The notes under the pieces are model-generated. The model saw only the letters and a list, made by a program, of their open reading frames with translations. It had not been told where the DNA came from and made no database searches. Shown here one piece after another: positions 9,803 through 17,589 of a stretch of 23,772 nt of DNA. The stretch comes from a candidate division WOR-3 bacterium (GTDB taxonomy: Bacteria; Hydrothermota; Hydrothermia; LBFQ01): contig JALUCS010000129.1 in the NCBI GenBank assembly GCA_027050205.1, positions 1-23,772 on the forward strand. The letters run 5' to 3'. The first letter of the stretch is position 1. Every line of letters starts with the position of its first letter. A program made the translations under genes and the position numbers.

Positions 9803-9809
9803 GGAGGCG

Positions 9810-9844
9810 ATTCTAAGGTCGCCCGTAGGAGGCCCCCTTAAAAT
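9810..9844. promoter_or_regulatory. Divergent promoters for aspS and eamA (two CCTTARAAT boxes)
   Basis: Minus-strand TAGAAT at 9810-9815 is 7 nt from the aspS ATG; plus-strand TAAAAT at 9839-9844 is 16 nt before ATG 9861. Confidence 0.6.
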
Positions 9845-9860
9845 ACCCCGGCCTCCGCTT

Positions 9861-10709
9861 ATGGGGTTGGTCCTGGCCTTCGGCGTAGCCGTCTTGGAGA
9901 GCCTTAAGGACGCCCTCGGTAAGGTGGCGACCCGCTCCATACCTGTGGCCTCCCTCCTGGTCCTCTACAAACTCGTTGGCCTCCTCGTTGTCCTCCCCTT
10001 CGCCCTCCCCCACTTCGCCCACCTCCCTTGGGGAAGGCTCCTCCCCATCCTCACCCTCAACGCCCTCCTGAACGCCGCAGCCTTCTACCTGTACCTAAGG
10101 GCTATCGCCCTCTCCCCCCTGTCCCTAAGCGTCCCTATGTTGAGTTTCTCGCCGGTCTTCCTCCTCCTGACCTCCCGCCTCATCCTCGGAGAGGGTGTCC
10201 CCCTACCGGGGAAGTTGGGGGTGGGGTTGGTGGCCTTAGGTTCCTACGTCCTGAACGTCGGCGACGCCCGCTATGGCCTCCTAAGGCCCCTCCTATCCCT
10301 CTTGAGGGAACCCGGTTCCCGCCGTATGCTCCTGGTGGCCGCAATCTGGAGTATAACCGCCAACTTGGACCGTATAGGCGTAGGTTTGGCCAAGCCGATC
10401 GTGTGGGTCGCCCTGATGAGCGGGGCTGTCGCCCTCCTCCTACTGCCCCTCGCCTTGCCCTTGAGGTTGGAGAGGGGCCAGTTGAAGTTTCCCGTAGCTA
10501 TGGGTGCAGCGGACGGGGTATCCGCCGCCCTTCAGATGTGGGCCATCCTCCTCGCCCCCGTTCCCTACGTCATCTCCATCAAACGCACCAGTATCCTCTT
10601 ATCCTCCGTCCTCGGTCTCCTCCTCTTCGGTGAAGGAAGGGTTTGGGAGAGGGTGATGGGGGCCTCCCTGATGTTCATAGGGGCGGTGCTTATCGTCCTG
10701 TTGGGTTAG
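9861..10709 (+). CDS. EamA/DMT family transporter
   Basis: About 10 TM helices in two repeats, each ending in a ..GE.. motif (LILGEG, LLFGEG); SPLSLSVP and ISIKRTSIL motifs. Confidence 0.88.
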   Translation: MGLVLAFGVAVLESLKDALGKVATRSIPVASLLVLYKLVGLLVVLPFALPHFAHLPWGRLLPILTLNALLNAAAFYLYLRAIALSPLSLSVPMLSFSPVFLLLTSRLILGEGVPLPGKLGVGLVALGSYVLNVGDARYGLLRPLLSLLREPGSRRMLLVAAIWSITANLDRIGVGLAKPIVWVALMSGAVALLLLPLALPLRLERGQLKFPVAMGAADGVSAALQMWAILLAPVPYVISIKRTSILLSSVLGLLLFGEGRVWERVMGASLMFIGAVLIVLLG

Positions 10710-10738
10710 TTGGTCAGCGGATGAGCCATTACTCTGCG

Positions 10739-11120
10739 GACAGAACGATGCCCAATTTCAAGGGGCCGTTGCCATACATCTCCCCGAATTGGCGATTTCC
10801 GTCAATTTCGCTTCACATTCCTGAAGTTCAATCTTCCAGAGACGGACTGCGTGGAATTCGGGTATCCGGCGGTGGAAGGACGGTTTCCCTTCCTTAGACA
10901 GATCAGAGTCCGTTAATGGGGGGGTACAGGAAGCTTGAAGCGCGATTTGCGATTTCTTGAGGTGTAAGTTTCGGTTTCCTGAAGTCTGACTTCCAGTTTT
11001 TGGAAGTGATTTGTATTCGGCCGATGAGGTGATCCGGCTTTCAACAGGTCATTGGAGCGAGTTTCCCGTACTGCAGATGTCGGAACCTTAGACCCGGTTG
11101 GCTCCGGATTGATTTTTGAG
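10739..11120. repeat. Degenerate tandem duplication with ~158-bp period in a non-coding spacer
   Basis: Colinear exact blocks: GACAGA 10739/10897, GCGATTTC 10792/10949, TTCCTGAAGT 10818/10976, CTTCCAG 10833/10990, ATTCGG 10856/11015, ATCCGGC 10864/11032, GTTTCCC 10883/11061, CCTTAGAC 10892/11086. Confidence 0.55.
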
Positions 11121-11175
11121 TAGGTGAAACGTAGCCGACGTAATTGGAATTGCGAGAATCTTAAACCGGGAAGAT

Positions 11176-11646
11176 CTATCTACCTGTCTCTCCACCTAAC
11201 GAGGTGAAGGCCACCGTCAGGAGCCTTCTCAACAGGTACCTCACCGCCTCCTCCTTCATCCCCAACCGATCCCCCTCAACCTCCACCCTCCCCACCTCCT
11301 CACCCCATGGGGCCGATATGCAGTAGTAGAAGTACCCCTTACCGTTGAACTCCCCGCTCGTTGAGATCCCTACGTCTGCCCCTACGAGCCTCCTGACCCC
11401 CTCGGCCATCTCCCGGACGGTCTGGACGGAATAAACGGAGTACCTCTCAACCGTCTCCCTCCTGACACCCAGGACCTTAACCTTTACGTCCGTAGAGTAG
11501 GCCACGACTCCCCCTCGGAAGTAGTCGGAGGAGCCGGGTATGGAGGTTAGGGCGTGGGCGAGGGCCCCGCCCGTACAGGACTCGGCCGTTGCCACCGTCA
11601 AACCCTCGCCCACCAGTACCCTCTTGAGGCACCTAAGGTCCTCCAT
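11176..11646 (-). CDS. CinA C-terminal domain protein (PncC-like nicotinamide-nucleotide amidohydrolase)
   Basis: TAESCTGG, PGSSDYFRGGVVAYS..VK, and MAEGVR motifs; stand-alone domain. Its start overlaps the upstream stop (TGATG). Confidence 0.88.
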   Translation of the reverse strand: MEDLRCLKRVLVGEGLTVATAESCTGGALAHALTSIPGSSDYFRGGVVAYSTDVKVKVLGVRRETVERYSVYSVQTVREMAEGVRRLVGADVGISTSGEFNGKGYFYYCISAPWGEEVGRVEVEGDRLGMKEEAVRYLLRRLLTVAFTSLGGETGR

Positions 11647-11885
11647 CAGAAGCCGGGCGTTATCTTGATGTCTATCTTACCCCCCTTCTTCCTCGCTAGA
11701 TCGTTCAGCTCCTTGAGGAGGGCGTCCAGGTCCTCAACGCCGTACTTCTCGGCGTTCTCCCCGATGGTACCCCAGATGGGCGCCCCACAGGCTATGGCGG
11801 GTATGCCGTACTTGAAAAAGATATCCACCGAATCGGGGTACCGTAGGACGACCTCCTCAACCGTCGTATCGGGGGTGATCTCCAT
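11646..11885 (-). CDS. DUF1858-like small protein
   Basis: IT.DTTV.EVV..YP....IF.KYG....C.......I...A..YG...D.LL.ELN pattern; GGAGG-type SD upstream. Confidence 0.75.
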   Translation of the reverse strand: MEITPDTTVEEVVLRYPDSVDIFFKYGIPAIACGAPIWGTIGENAEKYGVEDLDALLKELNDLARKKGGKIDIKITPGF

Positions 11886-11888
11886 CTC

Positions 11889-12683
11889 CTACCTCCCTAC
11901 GAGGACCCTGTGGTTCTCCGTTGAGTCCGTACTTATGAGGGACACGATCCGCGTAAAGACGTCGGACTTGACGAGGCCGTAGTTGGGCTTGAAGTAGGAG
12001 GTGTCCCTCATAGCGAGGTTGGCCGTACCGCTAAGGGATAGACATCCGGTCGTGTGGAAGTAGAGCATCAGGTAGTGCCTGTAGAGGACCTTGTAGACGC
12101 CGGTGTAGGTGTCCAGAGGGGTGGTTACGGTGGTGGTCTCCAAGACCCGACCGAAGGAGGAGTCTACGCTCAAGGAGTCAAAGTACACGTACAGGGTACA
12201 GCCGGACTGGGGACTTATGAGGGAGTCGGTCAAGGGGTAGGTGGCCGGCGTTATGGGGGTCCAGCTCTGGCCTACGGAGAGGGGCTTTACACCGATGAGG
12301 TAGTCAAGGACGAGGCCGAGGCTTATGGTGTCCATACCGAACCGTACCTGGAGGTAGAGGGAGTCGCCGTTGATCTTAAAGGTGTCGTCCCTAACCTGCC
12401 CGCTGGAGTACGTGGAGTCGCGGAAGGGTACGAAGTAGAAACCGCCGGAGGATATGCCGCTGAAGAAGGTGCGTTTTACGGTGTCCGTGGAGGAGCTGTC
12501 CGAGCTGTAGATGTATAAGCTATCCCTGTATATGAAGGTACTGTCCAAACCGAAGTAGGCGGCGGTACTCTCCGGTGCAGGGGAGGGGGAAGGCTCCGGA
12601 CCGGGTCCGGGACCGGTAGTGGAGTCCTTCTTACAGGATGCGATGGCACCCACCAACAGGAACGCGAGTATAAACCTACGCAT
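11889..12683 (-). CDS. Putative lipoprotein with Pro/Gly linker and beta-rich domain
   Basis: Signal MRRFILAFLLVGA followed by lipobox IAS-C, linker GPGPGPEPSPSPAP, a Ser/Thr/Tyr-rich body, and C-terminal YFKPNYGLVK. Confidence 0.75.
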   Translation of the reverse strand: MRRFILAFLLVGAIASCKKDSTTGPGPGPEPSPSPAPESTAAYFGLDSTFIYRDSLYIYSSDSSSTDTVKRTFFSGISSGGFYFVPFRDSTYSSGQVRDDTFKINGDSLYLQVRFGMDTISLGLVLDYLIGVKPLSVGQSWTPITPATYPLTDSLISPQSGCTLYVYFDSLSVDSSFGRVLETTTVTTPLDTYTGVYKVLYRHYLMLYFHTTGCLSLSGTANLAMRDTSYFKPNYGLVKSDVFTRIVSLISTDSTENHRVLVGR

Positions 12684-12692
12684 GATGGTGGA

Positions 12693-12722
12693 ATTTTAAA
12701 GGCGGAGAGGTACCTACGTCAA
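12693..12722 (-). promoter_or_regulatory. Sigma70-type promoter TTGACG-N18-TAAAAT
   Basis: Minus strand: -35 at 12717-12722 and -10 at 12693-12698, 9 nt from ATG 12683. Confidence 0.7.
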
Positions 12723-12730
12723 GCGGGAAT

Positions 12731-12755
12731 AAAAAATGGGGGCGTATCGCCCCCA
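12731..12755 (-). terminator. Rho-independent terminator of the peroxiredoxin gene
   Basis: 8-bp stem TGGGGGCG/CGCCCCCA with a 3-nt loop, followed by T6 on the minus strand, 22 nt after the stop codon. Confidence 0.85.
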
Positions 12756-12777
12756 CCTATCTACGGGATCTGCCGCC

Positions 12778-13422
12778 TTAGGCTTCCTTGTGGCAGAACC
12801 ACCAGTCGTAGCACTCGTACTCACCCTTCTGGGCGGTCTCAAGGCGGGCCTTGGCCTCCTCCACGCTCTTGGCGGGCGGTACTATGAGCCTGCCCCCTAT
12901 CAGCTCGTTCTCCGGCCAGTTGGCGGGGACGGCGAGCTTCTTCTCGTCAAAGGTCTTCAGGGCCTTGAGGACGCGCACGATCTCCGGGATGTTCCGACCG
13001 ATCTCCTGCGGGTAGTATATGATGGCGCGGATGGTGGCGTTGGGGTCTACGAAGAAAACGGCACGGACGGTGGTCGTGTCCTTGTTGGGGTGTATCAGGC
13101 CCAGCTCCTTGGAGACCTCAAGGGTGTGGTCGGCTATGATGGGGAACTCTATCTTCTGGCCGAGCTTCTCCTCTATCCACTCCACCCACTTGATGTGGGA
13201 GAAGACCTGGTCTACGGATAGACCTATCAGCTCGGCCCCCAGCTCGCGGAACTCGGGGTAGTGCTTCTGGAAGGAGTAGAACTCCGTCGTGCATACGGGG
13301 GTGAAGTCGGCGGGGTGGCTGAAGAGGATGAACCACTTCCCGGCGAAATGCTCCGGGAGCTTTATCTTACCATGGGTGGTCTCAACCTCTAACTCCGGAA
13401 ACTTGTCTCCTATCAGCCTCAT
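12778..13422 (-). CDS. Peroxiredoxin (Prx6 subfamily, thermophile/archaeal type)
   Basis: [13 protein letters not shown] active site, GRN..E motif, C-terminal CYDWWFC. SD AAGGAGGT at 13429-13436 and TAGAAT at 13451-13456. Confidence 0.95.
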   Translation of the reverse strand: MRLIGDKFPELEVETTHGKIKLPEHFAGKWFILFSHPADFTPVCTTEFYSFQKHYPEFRELGAELIGLSVDQVFSHIKWVEWIEEKLGQKIEFPIIADHTLEVSKELGLIHPNKDTTTVRAVFFVDPNATIRAIIYYPQEIGRNIPEIVRVLKALKTFDEKKLAVPANWPENELIGGRLIVPPAKSVEEAKARLETAQKGEYECYDWWFCHKEA

Positions 13423-13466
13423 GCTCTTACCTCCTTTTTGCAGAGTGAGTATTCTAAGGCAGAATC

Positions 13467-13483
13467 CTGACCCGTGGGGTCAG
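13467..13483. promoter_or_regulatory. Palindrome CTGACCC-N3-GGGTCAG between divergent promoters (candidate operator)
   Basis: Perfect 7-bp inverted repeat lying between -10 boxes at 13451-13456 (minus) and 13487-13492 (plus). Confidence 0.45.
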
Positions 13484-13500
13484 TTTTAGAATACGGGGAT

Positions 13501-13902
13501 ATGGTGCGCGCCCGCCTTACGGTGATGTACAGGGACATAGATACCCTCGGTCACGTGAACAACGCCGTATATCTCTCCTACGTTGAGCATGCCCGTGTCC
13601 TGATGTTTGACGAGTACTTCCGGAAGTACGGGAACTTCCACTTCGTGATAGCCCGCGCCGAGATAGACTACCTCCGACCCCTCTTCCTGTTGGACGAGGT
13701 TGAGGTGGTGGCGTGGGTGTCTCACATAGGGAGGACGAGCTTCACGATAGAGTACGAGGTGTATAACGGCAGAGGGGAGCTGTGCGCCCGCGCCAAGACC
13801 GTACAGGTAGCCTACGACCCCGAAACCCGAAGTAAGCGGGACATAGACCCCGTCTTCCTCCGCTACCTCAAGTCCCACCTCCGGGAAGGAGGTTCTCAAT
13901 AG
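13501..13902 (+). CDS. Acyl-CoA thioesterase (4HBT/YbgC hot-dog family)
   Basis: DIDTLGHVNNAVYLSYVE, IDYLRP and IGRTSF motifs. Start placed at ATG 13501, 8 nt after TAGAAT. Confidence 0.9.
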   Translation: MVRARLTVMYRDIDTLGHVNNAVYLSYVEHARVLMFDEYFRKYGNFHFVIARAEIDYLRPLFLLDEVEVVAWVSHIGRTSFTIEYEVYNGRGELCARAKTVQVAYDPETRSKRDIDPVFLRYLKSHLREGGSQ

Positions 13903-15028
13903 CCCTCTCAAGCTCCCCCACGTCCACCCCCTTGCCTATCCACCGCTTAACCACCCTGCCCGTCGGTGAGACGAGGACGTAGGAGGGTACCCCAAGGATG
14001 GAGAAGGCGGAGAAGACGTATCCCCCGTTGGGTACGACCGGGTAGGGTAGGGATAGGTCTCCAAGCCTCTCCGGAGGCTCCTCGCTTACGGCGAGGAGGG
14101 TGAAGGGTCTGTCCCGTAGCCTCTCAAAGAGGGAGGATAGGGCGGGTATCTGTTCCCTACAGACGGAGCAGGTGCTGCTCCAGAAGACGAGGAGGACGAC
14201 CTTTCCCCTTAGGGCGTTGAGGCGGAGCGTATCACCGCTTAGGGTTCGTACGAGGAGGTTGGGAACCTTCGGATAGATGACGGGGAGGTCGCCGCCGAGG
14301 GCCTCAAGGGTCCGGAGGGCGGAGGTGTCGCCATAGACCGCCCATACGTATCCCATAGCCTTCAGGAAGGAGGAGGTATCCCCGGAGTACAGGGAGGCCC
14401 AGGCGAAGTCGTACAGGTGGAGACCGAGGAGGGAAGGGTCCAAGGAGAAGGCCGGGCGGAGGAGGGAGACTATACCGTTCCAGTTCCCCGTCGCCCTGTA
14501 GTACTCCAGACGGTACCGGTACGTCGGACCGAGGAGGACGGAGAGGGTGTCCGGCCTCTCCCCCCAGGTGAGGAGGTCCAAGGCGACGGAACGGGGGGAT
14601 GATAGGGAATCCAACGTGTCCATCACTGCCCTCGCACCGATGGTATCCCCCCGGCGGAGGTGGAGTCTTAGGAGGGTGGCGTAGTCGTGGATGGTCTTGA
14701 GGCTGTCGGGTATCCGGGATAGGTACTCCCTTACGTACCTCTGCGGCTCCCACCCCTCCCTCTCCGCCCTCGTCCGGAGGGCGAGCCTGATGCCGGGGTA
14801 AGGCCCCAGGTCCTCAACGCACACCTCCTCTGCTTTTACGACGGGGAGGGAGTCGTAGGTTAGTCTGTTCCCCTTTATACGGATAACCACACCTTCCTCT
14901 GTGTTCCCCTCAACCTTCCTTACGGACATCCTCAAGGGGGAACCGGCGTAGGTACCTACCAGCGAAACCTCACCTTTCCTACCGCAGGCTACGGACAGGA
15001 GGAGGGCAACCGCCCACCACCCCCTCAC
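13868..15028 (-). CDS. Lipoprotein with C-terminal TlpA/ResA-like thioredoxin domain
   Basis: Lipobox SVA-C; C-terminal LRGKVVLLVFWSSTCSVC (CxxC) and GVP cis-Pro loop. GTG start overlaps the secF stop (GTGA). Confidence 0.75.
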   Translation of the reverse strand: MRGWWAVALLLSVACGRKGEVSLVGTYAGSPLRMSVRKVEGNTEEGVVIRIKGNRLTYDSLPVVKAEEVCVEDLGPYPGIRLALRTRAEREGWEPQRYVREYLSRIPDSLKTIHDYATLLRLHLRRGDTIGARAVMDTLDSLSSPRSVALDLLTWGERPDTLSVLLGPTYRYRLEYYRATGNWNGIVSLLRPAFSLDPSLLGLHLYDFAWASLYSGDTSSFLKAMGYVWAVYGDTSALRTLEALGGDLPVIYPKVPNLLVRTLSGDTLRLNALRGKVVLLVFWSSTCSVCREQIPALSSLFERLRDRPFTLLAVSEEPPERLGDLSLPYPVVPNGGYVFSAFSILGVPSYVLVSPTGRVVKRWIGKGVDVGELERAIENLLPGGGT

Positions 15029-15948
15029 TTCTTCTTCTTCATACCCCGCAGCCTCCAGTCAAGGACCAACGAGGACACTACGAATATGGAGGAGTAGGTA
15101 CCCACGACCACGCCGATGGTCAGGATGAAGGCGAAGTTGAAGAGGACGGGGCCGCCAAAGAGGAGGAGGATGAAGACGACCACAAACGTGGTGAAGGAGG
15201 TTATGACCGTACGGGAGAGGGTGGAGTTGATGGCGTCGTTGAATATCCTCTCCAAGTCCTTGGGTGAGACGTCCACAAGTCTGAAGCGTCCAAGGTACTC
15301 CCTAACGCGGTCGGCCACCACTATGGAGTCGTTGATGGAATAACCGATGAGGGTCAGGAGGGCGGCTATTACCGTCATATCCGTCTCAAAACCGAAGAGG
15401 GAGTGTATCCCCCAGGTGATAATGACGTCGTGGAAGAGAGCGAGGGTGGCTGCTATACCGAAGAGTATGTCAAACCTCAACCAGATATAGAACAGGATGA
15501 CGATGAGTCCTACGACCGTTAGGATTATGGCTTTCTCCCGCAGCTCCGCCCCTATCTTTGGACCAACGTGTTCGGCCCGGTCAAGACGCACCTTCTTACC
15601 CAGTATTCTCTCAAGCCCCTTGACGAGGCTGTCGGGTTCAACGTCCTCCTTGTACTTTATGAGGAACTCGTTGGCCATTCCAACGTTCTGGATCTCCGCC
15701 CTTATACCCATCTTGAGGGTGGCGTTTCTCACCTCTTCTATTGGGGCCTCTACGTGTATCTGGACGAGCCTTCCACCGGTGAAGTCTATGGACCACGCCT
15801 GCCTCAAGCCGATGGCCGAGCCGAGGGGGGTAAGTCGTAGGAGAAGGGAGATGAGTCCTATGACGATGAGGGTACCGGATATGAGGTATGCTATCCTCCT
15901 CTTCCCCATGAAGTCTATGTTCGGATTTTCAAGCCACTTTATTCTCAT
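15025..15948 (-). CDS. secF: Protein translocase subunit SecF
   Basis: IDFTGG, VGPKIG.EL, HDV, GYSINDSIVVADRVRE, TLSRT..TS.TT, GTYSS; AGGAGGT SD. Confidence 0.97.
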   Translation of the reverse strand: MRIKWLENPNIDFMGKRRIAYLISGTLIVIGLISLLLRLTPLGSAIGLRQAWSIDFTGGRLVQIHVEAPIEEVRNATLKMGIRAEIQNVGMANEFLIKYKEDVEPDSLVKGLERILGKKVRLDRAEHVGPKIGAELREKAIILTVVGLIVILFYIWLRFDILFGIAATLALFHDVIITWGIHSLFGFETDMTVIAALLTLIGYSINDSIVVADRVREYLGRFRLVDVSPKDLERIFNDAINSTLSRTVITSFTTFVVVFILLLFGGPVLFNFAFILTIGVVVGTYSSIFVVSSLVLDWRLRGMKKKK

Positions 15949-15963
15949 CTCTTTTGACCTCCT

Positions 15964-17520
15964 TTATATGGCAACGGCCTGCCACTTCCTGTCCTCTATG
16001 AGGTATCCGAAGATCCAGCGGGTCATCACGATGGAGGTGAAGAGGTTTACCAGGATACCGATGGAGAGAACTATGGCGAATCCCCTTATGGGACCGACGC
16101 CGAGGAACATCAGGACGATGGCCGTCAACAGGGTCGTTATGTTGGCATCTAGGATGGTACGGGTGGCGTTGGAGTACCCCACCTCAAGGGCGGTGCGGAA
16201 GGACTTACCCTTGCGAAGTTCCTCCCTGATACGCTCGAATATCAGGACGTTCGCATCCACGGCCATACCCACGGTCAGGATCAAGCCAGCCATACCGGGC
16301 ATAGTGAGAGTGGCGTTGAGCATGGCCATTATGTCCAAGATGAAGATGAGGTTGGCGAAGAGGGCGATTACGGCGATGACGCCGGCGACCCTGTAGTAGA
16401 GGATCATAAAGAGAACCACGAGAGCGAAAGCTATGGCGAGGGAGATCATCCCACGGCGGATGGAGTCGGCACCGAGGGTGGGACCGACTATCCTCTCCTC
16501 CTCAATTTTGACGGGGACGGGTAGGGCGCCCGCCCGAAGTATGGCGGCGAGGTCCTGGGCCTCCTGGAGGGTGGGGATCCCCGTTATCTGGGCGTTCCCG
16601 GTCGGTATCCTCTCCTGAATCCTCGGTGCGGACTGTACCACACCGTCCAGGACTATGGCCAGCCTCTTACCCACGTTCTCGCCGGTTATCCGGGCGAATA
16701 TAACGGCACCGGTCCTGTCAAACGTTATATGCACCACGGGTTGCCCCGCCATCTGCTGCTGGCCGAGGGTTGCACTCGCATCCACGAGGTGTGCCCCCGT
16801 GAGGGGAGTTCTCTTCTGGACGAGGAAGAGCTTTCTGACCTTCTTTCCGTCCTTGGTCTGAACCGTCCTACCCCAGAGGATCTCGTAGCCCGGAGGTACG
16901 AGCCTCTTCACCTCCGGGAGGTTGAGTATGCTGTCCACCTTCTCCCAGTTCTCCTCCGGTACGGCCACGTCCCCCTCGTAGCCGATGAGGAGGCGGGTAA
17001 AGGGACCGGCCTTTGAGGTATCGGCCACGGCCCCCTTCTCCTTGCGGAGGAGGTCATCGACGCTCTTCAGGAAATCGGCAAAGACCTTATCGTCGGCGAG
17101 GAGTTTGAACTCAAGTAGGGCCGTCTTACCTATAATGTTCCTCGCCCTTTCCTTACTGACCACGCCGGGGAGCTGCACTATCACCCTGTCCTCCCCGACC
17201 TTCTGGATAACCGGCTCAAATACACCCAACTGGTCCACCCTGTTCCGTATGACCTCAACGACCCTGTCGGCCGCATCCTTCAACCTCTCCGGGTCCTTCA
17301 CCTTACTCTTATCCACGGACAGGACTATGTACATCCCTCCCTGAATGTCAAGGCCGAGGTTTAAAGCCCGTTTCTTCAGCTGGAAGAGGGCCTGACGGCC
17401 CATCTTCTCCTTCTCCGACTCGCTCATCGTCAGCAACTTGTACGTGGGCATAAGGAGATAGATACCCCCGGCGAAGAGCGCCACTATGAGACCTAACCTC
17501 CACAGGTACTTACCGGACAT
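15964..17520 (-). CDS. secD: Protein translocase subunit SecD
   Basis: LGLDIQGG, R.D.LGV.EP, VQLPG, LAIVLDG, LRAGALP, GPTLG, GMAVDANVLIFERIREE, ILDANITT. TATAAT (17530-17535, minus) lies 9 nt upstream. Confidence 0.97.
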   Translation of the reverse strand: MSGKYLWRLGLIVALFAGGIYLLMPTYKLLTMSESEKEKMGRQALFQLKKRALNLGLDIQGGMYIVLSVDKSKVKDPERLKDAADRVVEVIRNRVDQLGVFEPVIQKVGEDRVIVQLPGVVSKERARNIIGKTALLEFKLLADDKVFADFLKSVDDLLRKEKGAVADTSKAGPFTRLLIGYEGDVAVPEENWEKVDSILNLPEVKRLVPPGYEILWGRTVQTKDGKKVRKLFLVQKRTPLTGAHLVDASATLGQQQMAGQPVVHITFDRTGAVIFARITGENVGKRLAIVLDGVVQSAPRIQERIPTGNAQITGIPTLQEAQDLAAILRAGALPVPVKIEEERIVGPTLGADSIRRGMISLAIAFALVVLFMILYYRVAGVIAVIALFANLIFILDIMAMLNATLTMPGMAGLILTVGMAVDANVLIFERIREELRKGKSFRTALEVGYSNATRTILDANITTLLTAIVLMFLGVGPIRGFAIVLSIGILVNLFTSIVMTRWIFGYLIEDRKWQAVAI

Positions 17521-17589
17521 GAGCCGGGGATTATAGCCCCGAAAAGGAGGCGTATGCCCCGACGTCAGGCGGCCCCTTTAGAATTCCCC

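Noticed and set aside
9741..9940. Overlapping N-terminal extensions of aspS and eamA in the ORF track
   Set aside because: Family N-termini and -10 boxes place the starts at 9802 and 9861, leaving a normal divergent gap.
10643..10897. 84-aa ORF running into the spacer
   Set aside because: Overlaps eamA, has atypical codon use, no SD or adjacent -10 box, and no motif.
10710..11175. CRISPR array, tRNA, tmRNA, RNase P, SRP or IS/MITE in the spacer
   Set aside because: No near-identical 25-40-nt repeats, no cloverleaf or T-loop, no GAGGAAAGTCC or tmRNA termini, and no terminal inverted repeats or target duplication seen.
12575..12620. Short GGACCG-type repeats
   Set aside because: They simply encode the Gly-Pro/Ser-Pro linker of the lipoprotein.
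15497..16396. 299-aa plus-strand ORF and other short ORFs opposite secDF, thrS, rgy and purD
   Set aside because: Antisense or alternate-frame shadows of well-supported genes, with no recognisable protein features.
17544..17556. AAGGAGG plus ATG 17554 as the tsaE start
   Set aside because: The SD-ATG spacing is only 3 nt and the added 12 residues are atypical. GTG 17590 fits the family and the -10 pattern, though 17554 is not fully excluded.
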